Made by a program: the position numbers and the translations under genes. The notes below the pieces were generated by a model. That model did not search any database. It was not told the origin of the DNA and saw nothing but the letters and a program-made list of their open reading frames with translations. From Shigella phage Sf13: a DNA stretch of 64,000 nt. Each line of letters starts with the position of its first letter. Positions within the stretch are counted from its first letter, which is position 1. This document shows positions 50,070 through 59,585 of the stretch, piece after piece. Location of the stretch: sequence record MF158040, one strand, 5' to 3'.

Positions 50070-52214
50070 TTACATAGATTTTCTATCCTGAATTTCAGCA
50101 ATTTTTGCATCGTTCATTCTGGAAGTACCTTTAATCTTAGTCCAGCCAAGATAACCACAAACACGGTTAATCACAGAGATATCGTGTGAGTTGCACTTAG
50201 GACACAATTCAACATCTGCACTTGGACGGTGACCACAATTCTCACAGATTGCCAAGTCAAAGTTAACACCTTGATAGAAACCTTTACCCATACCTCTTGT
50301 CACACAAGCCCTAATAGCTTTATGATTCTCTGGATTAGCAATACGAACGTACTGGATATGACCACCATTACAAGCATGGAAGAAAGGTTCTTCTAAGTCT
50401 TGCTTTTCAAATGGTGTAATATCTGCACCAACATTCATGTGGAAGCTGTTTGTAAAGTATTCTTTATCAGATACACCTTTAACAACTCCAAACATGTTTC
50501 TAAACTGCTTCAATTGCGTACCACAAAGGCTCTCAGCAGGTGTACCATAGAGGGCATACAAGAAACCATCTTCCTGTTTAAACTGCTCCAGTTTGCCATT
50601 CAGGTAGTTTAAAACCTTACTTGCAATATCACCGTCTGACTCATGTAATCTCTTACCTTGTGCAAGGACTGTCAACTCATCCAATGCAGTGACACCGAAA
50701 GAGGCTGTAAAAGACTTCACAGTATCCCAACCAATCTTGTCAGTTGGCTTCTTATGACCTTTATACAAACCACCTTGTGTGAATGCCAGAGGGTTAGAAC
50801 TTGCTGGCATATTAGCAATCATCTCATAACGCTTTTTATGGAAGCTTCTAATCATCTCAAGATACTTGTCAAGTTCTGTCCAGAAGTCTAAACCATTCTC
50901 TTCAGAATACTTGTAAATCATTGGCAGATTAAGAGATACTGCACCGATATTTGCTCGCCCTGTGTAGAACTCTTTACCATCTTCATCATGATATGGAGAT
51001 AAGAAAGCTCTGCAACCCATTGGAGAGATGACTGCACCTGAACGCTCAAAAGCTTCTGCAACAGAACCATGACCAGAAACACTTAAGAAGTCTGGGTACA
51101 TAGCTTTAGAACAGCACTCAATAGCTTTGTCATAAAGAGTTCCCTGCCAAGGGTCTAACATGTGTCTTGTTTCATCATAGATGTAAACCAGTTTAGGGAA
51201 TACCACAGGTTTCTTAGATTTACCTTGACCATTCATTCTCACATCAAGAATAGTCTTCGCAATCATAAATTGCAAGCGGTTATCTTCACTAGCCATATCC
51301 GGTTCGAGTAAACCAAATGTTAAGGTTGTGAATGCAAAGTCACCACGGCTGCAAGGAACTGTATTCAGTTTCATTTCCAGAGATTGGAATCCTTGAGTTA
51401 ACTCAATCTGAAGTTGTTCTTTAGCATAGTGGTATGCACCACCTCTTCCTGTGATATTATACTGCTTTGCTTTCTCCAGATGATACTCAAAAGACTTCTT
51501 AGCATATGGCACAAGAACCTTGTCAATCTCTGGGATAGTAAACCCACCAAATTGCTGTGCAGTTGCTGAGAGTACAACGTCACCAATGACCTGTAAAGCT
51601 GAAAGTACAGACTTTGGTTCACAGTATTCGATGCCTGACATTTCAAAACCACCTTTCAAGACGCTTCCAATGTCAAACAAGCAACAGTTAATACCACCGA
51701 AGATTAAATCTCTCAGGTCATGGATATAAATGAATCCATCTTCAATAGCACTTGCTTCTTCTGGTGTCAAGTGATACTGCTTAAAGATTTCTTTTGTCAA
51801 ATATCCACGGATGATTGAGCCTTTTGTAGAGATTAAGCTACTATCAAAGTTAGCATTCTCACGGTCACCTAAGAAGAGTGTGTCTTTAGTTTTCTGGTAA
51901 AGTTCATCCCAATTCTGTGCAACCTCTTTACGATAGTTTCTGTATGTTGAGTATGACTCATAGATTTCATGGTTTACCTCTGCCAGAGTTCCTTCCACAA
52001 TACTGTGAACATCATCTACAGAGATGAGCATAGCATTCTGATTAGTTGCTCTGACAAGCAATCTCATAAAGGCTGATTCAAGAGCGTGAATAACTTCTAG
52101 TGGTAACTCTTTGTAGCCAACTCTATTAGCTGACTTGGTAACTGCTTCGACGATTTTATTTACATTTGGTTTTTCCAGTGAACCGTCTTTCTTAATAATT
52201 TGTACTTTAACCAT
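50070..52214 (-). CDS. nrdD: anaerobic ribonucleoside-triphosphate reductase (class III)
   Basis: About 714 aa; C-terminal Cys cluster and glycyl-radical-like region; adjacent to nrdG; start set to ATG at M24 with AGGAG RBS. Confidence 0.7.
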   Translation of the reverse strand: MVKVQIIKKDGSLEKPNVNKIVEAVTKSANRVGYKELPLEVIHALESAFMRLLVRATNQNAMLISVDDVHSIVEGTLAEVNHEIYESYSTYRNYRKEVAQNWDELYQKTKDTLFLGDRENANFDSSLISTKGSIIRGYLTKEIFKQYHLTPEEASAIEDGFIYIHDLRDLIFGGINCCLFDIGSVLKGGFEMSGIEYCEPKSVLSALQVIGDVVLSATAQQFGGFTIPEIDKVLVPYAKKSFEYHLEKAKQYNITGRGGAYHYAKEQLQIELTQGFQSLEMKLNTVPCSRGDFAFTTLTFGLLEPDMASEDNRLQFMIAKTILDVRMNGQGKSKKPVVFPKLVYIYDETRHMLDPWQGTLYDKAIECCSKAMYPDFLSVSGHGSVAEAFERSGAVISPMGCRAFLSPYHDEDGKEFYTGRANIGAVSLNLPMIYKYSEENGLDFWTELDKYLEMIRSFHKKRYEMIANMPASSNPLAFTQGGLYKGHKKPTDKIGWDTVKSFTASFGVTALDELTVLAQGKRLHESDGDIASKVLNYLNGKLEQFKQEDGFLYALYGTPAESLCGTQLKQFRNMFGVVKGVSDKEYFTNSFHMNVGADITPFEKQDLEEPFFHACNGGHIQYVRIANPENHKAIRACVTRGMGKGFYQGVNFDLAICENCGHRPSADVELCPKCNSHDISVINRVCGYLGWTKIKGTSRMNDAKIAEIQDRKSM

Positions 52215-52229
52215 TCTGACTCCTAATGC

Positions 52230-52252
52230 AAAAAAGGTCTCCGAAGAGACCC
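52230..52252 (-). terminator. rho-independent terminator (minus strand)
   Basis: GGTCTCCGAAGAGACC-type hairpin followed by TTTTTT on minus strand. Confidence 0.55.
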
Positions 52253-52263
52253 TTATATTAATT

Positions 52264-52464
52264 CTACTTAGAAAACTTTTCAATAAGCTTTTTAAGCTTT
52301 CCGCTCAAATCATGTTTGATATCTAATATCTCAAAGATAACCCATACTAACATAGCTCCAAACAGAGCACCTTGTTTTAAATCAGTAAATAGGCTAGTAA
52401 CCATGAATGCCAGAGCAATCATCGGAGCATCTTCAACAAAACCATCCCATAAACGTTTAAGCAT
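52264..52464 (-). CDS. hypothetical small membrane protein (66 aa)
   Basis: ORF track; hydrophobic segments. Confidence 0.45.
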   Translation of the reverse strand: MLKRLWDGFVEDAPMIALAFMVTSLFTDLKQGALFGAMLVWVIFEILDIKHDLSGKLKKLIEKFSK

Positions 52465-52699
52465 TATTCACCTCTGCCATAAAGTTCTGTAGTGTTCCAA
52501 CAGGTTTCATTTCATTGTCTTCAACCTTCATAATGAAAGGCATCTGACGAACAGGTATCTTTGCAATATCCATCAGGTCACTTAGCTCATAATCTTTCCC
52601 TAGCATTCTTACAACATGGTCTAAGCCACGAGCCTGAGCAAAGTTCTTAGCAGTAACACACTGTGGGCATCCATCTTTTGAGTAAATTACATAAGTCAT
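52457..52699 (-). CDS. nrdH: glutaredoxin-like protein (NrdH-type redoxin)
   Basis: CPQC active-site motif near N-terminus; 80 aa; adjacent to nrdB. Confidence 0.6.
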   Translation of the reverse strand: MTYVIYSKDGCPQCVTAKNFAQARGLDHVVRMLGKDYELSDLMDIAKIPVRQMPFIMKVEDNEMKPVGTLQNFMAEVNNA

Positions 52700-53772
52700 T
52701 AAGGAACCTCTAAAAATCCTGAATTTAAATCATCAACAACAGTATTCAAAAGGTACGCACCATTTTGTTGTTCTTGGTTAGCGTTTTGCTCTTTATCAAT
52801 TTCCATCTTCTTAATCATATATTTCAAAGGTGGTTCTTTAGGAGCTACAAAGTCTCTTGGAATACCAAACATATCATACAATGGAGCAGCGTTGTAGTAA
52901 ACCCATTCGTGAAGAAGTTTTGTATTCAAACCTACAACAGCACGTCCTTCAGAGAAGATATAATAAGACCATTTCTCTTCACTTTCAACTACTTCATCCA
53001 GAATTACTTTAATTTCTGGGAGTACTTGACGGAAAGCTTCTTGCCACTCTTCATCTTTCAAAGTTTCTTTTAATGCTTCGATATCAATCTTTGTGTGAAT
53101 GATTTCGTCAAGCATAATTTTCTGTACTGCTTGTGCAATCCCTTGGAATTTATCTTGTGCATCAAGTGCAAAGGTACATGCAAAGGATGCCATGAAGGAA
53201 ATACCCTCAAGTGCTGTTACTGCAAAGAGACCTTTCAAGATTACTTTGTGGAAGTGTAAAGGGTCTTTCTCCATTAACTCTTGACGAACATAGCTTAAAC
53301 GATAGTTAATACCTTCGTCAAGTAATTCTGCCAGTGCTCTGTTCACAGTCTTCAATCTGTCCTGAACAGCAGCATTCTGGTTAATCTCATCAAGGATTGT
53401 TTCAGGGTTCTTGATACACTGACGAACAATCTCTGAATAAGTTAGTGCATGAAGGTTCTCAATTTCTGATTGCTTCATGATAGCAGTTGCATAGATATCA
53501 TCAGAGATGAATGGTGCAAAGGCAAAAGCTAAACTCTTAGCAACCTGTGTATCTGCTTCCCATTGCCATTTCAGAATCTCAAGCATTACACCAGACATTG
53601 ACTGAGGGACACTCTCAAAGTCTAAACGTGACTGTTCAAATGGGAACTCATCTTCAGACCAGTCTTGTGCTTTCTGCTGCTTATACAGTTCAAAGATTTT
53701 TGGATAGTGTTTATTCAGTGAATCGAAAGTTTTTCGTTCACCGCCTAAGAAAATTGGATGTGGGTTAATCAT
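52699..53772 (-). CDS. nrdB: ribonucleotide reductase small (beta) subunit
   Basis: 357 aa; di-iron ligand-like E/H spacing in central helices; adjacent to nrdA. Confidence 0.65.
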   Translation of the reverse strand: MINPHPIFLGGERKTFDSLNKHYPKIFELYKQQKAQDWSEDEFPFEQSRLDFESVPQSMSGVMLEILKWQWEADTQVAKSLAFAFAPFISDDIYATAIMKQSEIENLHALTYSEIVRQCIKNPETILDEINQNAAVQDRLKTVNRALAELLDEGINYRLSYVRQELMEKDPLHFHKVILKGLFAVTALEGISFMASFACTFALDAQDKFQGIAQAVQKIMLDEIIHTKIDIEALKETLKDEEWQEAFRQVLPEIKVILDEVVESEEKWSYYIFSEGRAVVGLNTKLLHEWVYYNAAPLYDMFGIPRDFVAPKEPPLKYMIKKMEIDKEQNANQEQQNGAYLLNTVVDDLNSGFLEVP

Positions 53773-54152
53773 TCTGGTAAGATTCCTGTATCTAGAAAGT
53801 TTCTGGCTTCAGTTGTTGTCATAACAACCCATTTGTCCTTGTTGAACATATCAAGTGGTCTTGCATATGTTTGCTTTGGATTAAAACAATCAATATATCG
53901 TATATGTTCTTTCCAAGAACCATCTGGCATCTTAACTTTTAAGTCTAAGTCTGCAATATAATACAAAGACCGTCTTGGAATATAAAATAAATATAGTGAG
54001 TTATCTTTGCTACGTATTCTCGCATTGCGAATTAAATCTAGCATACCTTTCTCCAAGTTAATTTTAGAGGGTCTTTTACGACCCTCATAGTTATTCAAAC
54101 TAAACTCCACAACCTTCACAGTAGGCATCTTGTAGTGCTGATTTACCAACAC
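53769..54152 (-). CDS. hypothetical protein between nrdA and nrdB (possible homing endonuclease remnant)
   Basis: ORF track; position matches that of mobile endonuclease genes in T4-like phages; no clear catalytic motif; overlaps nrdA 3' end. Confidence 0.35.
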   Translation of the reverse strand: MLVNQHYKMPTVKVVEFSLNNYEGRKRPSKINLEKGMLDLIRNARIRSKDNSLYLFYIPRRSLYYIADLDLKVKMPDGSWKEHIRYIDCFNPKQTYARPLDMFNKDKWVVMTTTEARNFLDTGILPE

Positions 54153-56334
54153 CGATACGACTGTTAAGATAGTACATAGTCTTCAAACCAACAAGGTTTG
54201 CATAAATCATGTACTTCAAAGCTTGCTCTAATGATACCTTCTTAGACTTCGAGTAGTCAACATAGAAATCTGAAGAGATAGCTTGACCAGTGAATTTTTG
54301 AACAATTGCATAGCAATCAATCATATCAAATGTGTCAATATCCCAAGCAATTTCATATACATACTTCAACTCTTCATAATCAGGTACAATAAACAGAACG
54401 TTACCAGTTGCAGACTTCTTAGTTAAGATGAAGTCACGAATAGGGTACAGTCCGTTTGTCGTGTTAGTTGCCAGAGAAGAACTCTCATTAGGCATGTAAG
54501 CCTCTAACACAGAGTTACGAATACCTCCATTTTCTTTAATTCGATGTGACAGGTCATCCCAATCATAACGAAGTTTTGCATCGTGCTTTTCATCAATTTT
54601 CTTGTTAGCAGTCTTTGGTGGAACCCAACCATCAGGGTACTTAGTGAACTGCATGTACTCTGGTACACCACGCTCTTTTGCAAGTCTTAGAGAGGCTTCA
54701 TGCAAGAAGTAAGAGTGCATCTCAGCCAACTCATGAAGTTTAGTTTTACCAGCCCTTGATGAGTAGTTCACATAGTTCTTCGCAAGGTAATGAGCCACAT
54801 TAGTAAGGCCAATACCAACAGAACGACGCTTCTGAACATGGTTACGCATTGACGGATACGGATAATCCATAAGGTCAATAACGGAGTCAACCATTGCAAG
54901 AGCATAATAAGCAACGTCAGCGTATTCATCTTCTGTGATTCTCCCTGCAACCAAACTAGCTAGGAAGCAAAGAGCAACTTCACCGTCTTCTTTCTTGGCT
55001 GTGTAGCTATACAGGTCTCTTTCATCCTCAAAACCGTGAACTGGTAAGACAATCTCCATACACAGGTTTGACATTTTCAAAGGCTCTTTGAAAGGTGTAT
55101 GATAGTTTGCGTTGTTAGTAAAGAACGGGTAAACACGTCCTGTAGCATAACGTTGTTGAATAAACAACTTGGCAACTTCACGAGCCTTTACACGTTTATG
55201 TTTAACACCTGTATGAACTGCGTGACCTACTGCCATAGCAAATTCATCAGCACTTGCTGTGTAGAACATGTCATACAGTCTTGGTGCATCTTTGTAAGAG
55301 AATAGCAACCAATCTGTATCGTACTGTACACATTGCCAGAAGTAATCATTTGCACCAAATGAGTAATCCATTTCATTAATACGCTTTGCAGGAACCGTTG
55401 TAGGGTGCTTCAAGCGTAGCAAATCCTCAATCTGTGGGTCTAATGCAGTGAAGAAGTTATTAGCTGAACCACCACGACTCTTCTGCTTATTAGCCTCTAC
55501 AGCAGCACGTACAAGCTTATAATAAGGGAGTTTTCCCATATGCTCAATAGTATTTTGTCGGATTCCATCACCAATTGTTCTGGTCTCCATCAGCATACCA
55601 ATACCTGCTTGCTTAGTTGTCATGTCATAAGCTACTTTTGTAGCAATGCCAAGAGATTCAGCAGTATCGTTTGCTTTAATTAGGCAGCATGAAGCATAGC
55701 CAGATTTTGTAGCTCTCAGACCATTCAGATACGGTGTAGGAGCATTAATCTTCAGGTCAGATAGATATGTGTAGAGCTTAATAACATCATCTAAACGACG
55801 CTGTTTAGGCTGTCTTTCAAAGGCTTTCATAGCCATACCCATGAACATAAACTGTGGAGACTCAAACAGCTTACCACTTTTAATGTCACGGATTCCATAC
55901 TTATCACGGAACTGCTTCAGTACTGCATACCCATAAGAGATATCTTTTGAATGTACGATGTGACCTTGTAAGTAGTCAATCTCTTCAGGTGTGTAATCCA
56001 TATGCTCCCAAAGCCCCATCTGCTCCATCTTCATCACAAATGGAAGTAATTGAGGAACCTTTGTAAATCCACCAAAAGCTTCTTTGTAGATAATGCCAAG
56101 AAGTAGTCTCCCAGCCATATCAGAGTACTCTTGAGTTTGCTTATCAATACAAACGTCAATCATAGCTTGGTGCATTTCTTTTGTTGTGCAACCTTCATAG
56201 ACACGCTTCATAGCTTCCATGACAACTTCTGACCAGATAATTCCTCTCTTGTCAGCCCATGAAGCCCATTTATTTAAACGTTCTGGTTCGAATGGTACGA
56301 TTGTACCGTCTGATTTGCGAATAGTAGTAATCAT
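54100..56334 (-). CDS. nrdA: ribonucleotide reductase large (alpha) subunit
   Basis: 744 aa; N-terminal ATP-cone-like region; RNR large-subunit character. Confidence 0.7.
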   Translation of the reverse strand: MITTIRKSDGTIVPFEPERLNKWASWADKRGIIWSEVVMEAMKRVYEGCTTKEMHQAMIDVCIDKQTQEYSDMAGRLLLGIIYKEAFGGFTKVPQLLPFVMKMEQMGLWEHMDYTPEEIDYLQGHIVHSKDISYGYAVLKQFRDKYGIRDIKSGKLFESPQFMFMGMAMKAFERQPKQRRLDDVIKLYTYLSDLKINAPTPYLNGLRATKSGYASCCLIKANDTAESLGIATKVAYDMTTKQAGIGMLMETRTIGDGIRQNTIEHMGKLPYYKLVRAAVEANKQKSRGGSANNFFTALDPQIEDLLRLKHPTTVPAKRINEMDYSFGANDYFWQCVQYDTDWLLFSYKDAPRLYDMFYTASADEFAMAVGHAVHTGVKHKRVKAREVAKLFIQQRYATGRVYPFFTNNANYHTPFKEPLKMSNLCMEIVLPVHGFEDERDLYSYTAKKEDGEVALCFLASLVAGRITEDEYADVAYYALAMVDSVIDLMDYPYPSMRNHVQKRRSVGIGLTNVAHYLAKNYVNYSSRAGKTKLHELAEMHSYFLHEASLRLAKERGVPEYMQFTKYPDGWVPPKTANKKIDEKHDAKLRYDWDDLSHRIKENGGIRNSVLEAYMPNESSSLATNTTNGLYPIRDFILTKKSATGNVLFIVPDYEELKYVYEIAWDIDTFDMIDCYAIVQKFTGQAISSDFYVDYSKSKKVSLEQALKYMIYANLVGLKTMYYLNSRIGVGKSALQDAYCEGCGV

Positions 56335-56353
56335 TATATTAAATCCTACAGGT

Positions 56354-56377
56354 GAAAAAGGGTCTCCGAAGAGACCC
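56354..56377 (-). terminator. rho-independent terminator (minus strand)
   Basis: GGGTCTCTTCGGAGACCC hairpin followed by TTTTT on minus strand. Confidence 0.55.
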
Positions 56378-56385
56378 CTTAGAGA

Positions 56386-56721
56386 TTAAATGCTAAAAAT
56401 CTTTTTACTTTCCCAGAGTTCAATGAACTTCTGTGACACTTTTGTTAGTGAACCTTTAGACATTGTATTCATGTACCAGTAACGTTTACCTTCATCGAAT
56501 GCCATGTCAAGTTTCTCACTAATATCTTCTTCAAGTCTTGCAATTGAAAAGTTACCACGTACTTTGCAGACAACTCGTCCAAATTTGATATCGCTGCGAC
56601 CTTTGCAATCTTCAGTGTACATTACAAAGTCACCATGATGTAATGTCTCACCAAACTTATCATTGCCTAGTTCTTCACCAGCTTTGATTTCTTCTTTAGT
56701 TAACTTTTTAATTTTAGACAT
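56386..56721 (-). CDS. hypothetical protein (111 aa)
   Basis: ORF track. Confidence 0.45.
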   Translation of the reverse strand: MSKIKKLTKEEIKAGEELGNDKFGETLHHGDFVMYTEDCKGRSDIKFGRVVCKVRGNFSIARLEEDISEKLDMAFDEGKRYWYMNTMSKGSLTKVSQKFIELWESKKIFSI

Positions 56722-57040
56722 GATATCTATCCAAGTTTCGTTTCAAGTAAATCCACTGGTCATCTGTGCGCTCTACACCCATGAACAGGGGGGCTACAAC
56801 AACTTTACCAAAAGTATTTCTGTGCTGGCAAATCTCGTAAGAGTACGGTTTATCAATATTTAAGCCATACTTATACAACACTGCTGCTAATACTTGTTCA
56901 TTATCCAGAATCGTTTCTGGCTTCTCTCCGTACTTGTCTAACAGTGAATCATTCATAAACACTGTCATAGAGAGGTTGTAGTTGGAGAAGTGGCTTTTTG
57001 CCACCACTTCTTCACCTTTATTAATGTTCTGTGAATCCAT
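56714..57040 (-). CDS. hypothetical protein (108 aa)
   Basis: ORF track. Confidence 0.45.
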   Translation of the reverse strand: MDSQNINKGEEVVAKSHFSNYNLSMTVFMNDSLLDKYGEKPETILDNEQVLAAVLYKYGLNIDKPYSYEICQHRNTFGKVVVAPLFMGVERTDDQWIYLKRNLDRYHV

Positions 57041-57776
57041 TATAACCGACTCCTTTCAACCACTGCTTGAGGTTGATTGCATCATAATTCAATTTCGGAT
57101 ATGAGGTTACATGGAACTTCTCACCATCATAGTACACAATATCCGCAAGCCATAATCCATTCTCACGGCAGAAATCTTTATCTGCTTTTGAAGAGATTGG
57201 TTCAACTTTAGAAAAGTTTTTAATGCCAAGACTACCAAGACTTCCAATCAGTCCTTGGCAGATAACGCATGTGTCAGATGTTACCACAAATAATTCTTTT
57301 GCGTCAACTTCTGCAATAAAACTTTCAAGTTGAACTTTTGGAAGATTAGACTGTTTCATAATCTTACCATCAGACTTGCGAATAATCGCAAACCACTCTT
57401 TACCTTCAATGATTGATTGACGCAGGTAACATTCATCACCAGTACGTTTCTCAATATCAAACATTCGCTGTAGAGCTTCTTGATAGTCGTCTGTGTATTT
57501 GAGGTTGTTGTTTTCACAAACAGCCTTGATAGCACCATCATGGTCATGTTGTGTCAGGAAAATTAAACCATCAAGTACATACTGCAAATCAGCTTGAGCA
57601 TCAAGGGTCTCAACAGGGTCTTTGGCTTCTACTGCTGCGACTAACTCTCTAGCTTCTTCAAGCATACACAGAGATTGGCTTTTCAGTGATTCCCAATACT
57701 CTGTGCTGTATGGTTCTTTTGGATTATTGCCACAACGTAGATTCCAATTTCTTACGGATTCTCTGGAATTAAACAT
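57021..57776 (-). CDS. hypothetical protein (251 aa)
   Basis: ORF track; no confident motif. Confidence 0.45.
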   Translation of the reverse strand: MFNSRESVRNWNLRCGNNPKEPYSTEYWESLKSQSLCMLEEARELVAAVEAKDPVETLDAQADLQYVLDGLIFLTQHDHDGAIKAVCENNNLKYTDDYQEALQRMFDIEKRTGDECYLRQSIIEGKEWFAIIRKSDGKIMKQSNLPKVQLESFIAEVDAKELFVVTSDTCVICQGLIGSLGSLGIKNFSKVEPISSKADKDFCRENGLWLADIVYYDGEKFHVTSYPKLNYDAINLKQWLKGVGYNGFTEH

Positions 57777-58006
57777 TAAGCCTCCTTATCTTCAAACAAC
57801 TTTTGTTGAGACTCAATATAGTCCATTCGTTCTTTGAGTTCAACACGTTTGCTTAACAGATGTTGAATTTGTGATTCCAGAGCATCCATCTCAGCTTCTG
57901 TAGCTGACTTAGCTTTATTGATAGTCTCCTTCAGTGCTGCTACGCCACTCTGGATTTTAGAAACATGGTCATTTTTGATTTTATTAAACATTTTAAACTC
58001 TCTCAT
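57776..58006 (-). CDS. hypothetical coiled-coil protein (76 aa)
   Basis: ORF track; heptad-like charged sequence. Confidence 0.4.
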   Translation of the reverse strand: MREFKMFNKIKNDHVSKIQSGVAALKETINKAKSATEAEMDALESQIQHLLSKRVELKERMDYIESQQKLFEDKEA

Positions 58007-58493
58007 TAAGTTTCATGATTTTAGTGATTCTCTTCTCAGCTTCATCATAAGTCTCTTTTGTAAGAAACTTGATTGCTGCAATGTTTGCATTGTAGAAGAG
58101 TCGAAGCTTAGAGTCAATCCTTTTTGTCATGACGTCAAACTTATGTTGTAGGTTAGCTTCGCCATAAACTAAGCCACCTCGCGTATAGTAAGTCTGGATG
58201 ATGTAGAAGTCAAACTCTTTTTCACCAAAAGATTCAATATCCTTCTTAATGTATTCAGAAGATGTTTGATAAGTCATCCAATCACTTTCTTTTGTCACGA
58301 CTTTACGTCTGGTCTTTCCAGCAACCTTCCTCTTAGTGACATTATTAAATTGTTTCTTTCCAATATAATATTGTCCAGTTTTCTTACAGTATACTAAATA
58401 GACAAAACCAAAATAGTTAGCGGGGTCAATTTCCCCGCACAGTGAAATCCAATGTCCATAAACAGGGCAATTTCCAAATCCTTTAATCTTCAT
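57993..58493 (-). CDS. GIY-YIG homing endonuclease candidate
   Basis: N-terminal GIY-YIG-like motif FGFVYLVYCKKTGQYYIGKK. Confidence 0.5.
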   Translation of the reverse strand: MKIKGFGNCPVYGHWISLCGEIDPANYFGFVYLVYCKKTGQYYIGKKQFNNVTKRKVAGKTRRKVVTKESDWMTYQTSSEYIKKDIESFGEKEFDFYIIQTYYTRGGLVYGEANLQHKFDVMTKRIDSKLRLFYNANIAAIKFLTKETYDEAEKRITKIMKLNERV

Positions 58494-59523
58494 TCATAAC
58501 TGGCTCCCAATTGTATTTTTTAAACGTAAAATCATCTTTAGGATTTCGTTCTTGATAAGCAATCCAGAAGTGCTGCTCCATTAGTTCTAGTGGAGTTCTT
58601 GTCACAATCTGACCATCCCACGATTCATAAGTATATGACTCTTTCTTAGCATAAAGTTCATAGATTGCGTCTAAGCACTCTTTGTAGGTAGTTTTACCTT
58701 CCAGTGCATTCATCACTGCAACCTTACCAGCACCTTTTAAACCAAAGTAGTTGTCTGCATTATCACCTGCTACAGCTTGATAGCAGAGGAATTTAAAACC
58801 TACTCCGACTGTCTTCTTAGCTTTAGGTTTAGATTTGATAGGACAATCCCAAATCTCACCAACGTTATTATCTGCAATGAAAATTAATGGAGCTTTCTCA
58901 TAAGTCATATCAATACAGTAAGTTCCTTCAGCTTGACGAAGGTCTTTATCAATACTCATCAGAGCAGCTTTTTTACCCATCTTCTCAGCTTTTGCAATAA
59001 CGATAGAGTCTGCTTCGAAGCCCCCTTTTAGGAGCTTAAACTCTGGTCGTGACAGAAGATACTCACGACAAGCAACTAGGTGTGTAGGTGTTACAGCTTC
59101 TTTTCTGTTACCTTGGTATTGGTGTTCAAGACCTTTGATATCCTTGTGTTTGTGAACACCTTTCTCAGTAAGGTAACCCATCCATTTTCGCTCTTTACCA
59201 ACGACTTTCAACCACTCCTGAAGAACTTGCTGTGTAGCCATAATTGCTTCAGCTTCACTCTTAGCCTCCTTCCAAGTCTGTCTTTCCCATTCATCTTCAT
59301 CAAAGTCAAGTCCTAACTCTTCAGTTAAAACTCTTTGGTCAGACAGCCATTGTGCTGCCAGTTTTGCACTATCAAAAGCGTCGGATTCTTCAGCAGTGAT
59401 TTTATTCACATACTTGTACTTTGCTTTTTCAACTACACAAGCACCTTTGTAAGCAATGCTATCAGAGTCAATAAAGACGTGTGTAACGCTCTCTGGGAGC
59501 TTTGTTAAGGTGTATTGTTCCAT
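58483..59523 (-). CDS. 5'-3' exonuclease / flap endonuclease (RNase H-like)
   Basis: PIN-like N-terminus (VFIDSDSIAYKGA) and H3TH-like motif GDNADNYFGLKGAGKVAV; start set to M10 with GGAGAG RBS. Confidence 0.55.
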   Translation of the reverse strand: MEQYTLTKLPESVTHVFIDSDSIAYKGACVVEKAKYKYVNKITAEESDAFDSAKLAAQWLSDQRVLTEELGLDFDEDEWERQTWKEAKSEAEAIMATQQVLQEWLKVVGKERKWMGYLTEKGVHKHKDIKGLEHQYQGNRKEAVTPTHLVACREYLLSRPEFKLLKGGFEADSIVIAKAEKMGKKAALMSIDKDLRQAEGTYCIDMTYEKAPLIFIADNNVGEIWDCPIKSKPKAKKTVGVGFKFLCYQAVAGDNADNYFGLKGAGKVAVMNALEGKTTYKECLDAIYELYAKKESYTYESWDGQIVTRTPLELMEQHFWIAYQERNPKDDFTFKKYNWEPVMNED

Positions 59524-59536
59524 TGTACTCTCCATA

Positions 59537-59574
59537 CGAAAAAGCCCCATACGTCTGTACAGGGCTTTGTAGTA
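59537..59574 (-). terminator. candidate terminator (minus strand) after SSB-like gene
   Basis: Hairpin AGCCC...GGGGCT followed by TTTTTCG on minus strand. Confidence 0.35.
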
Positions 59575-59585
59575 GTTACTGACTA

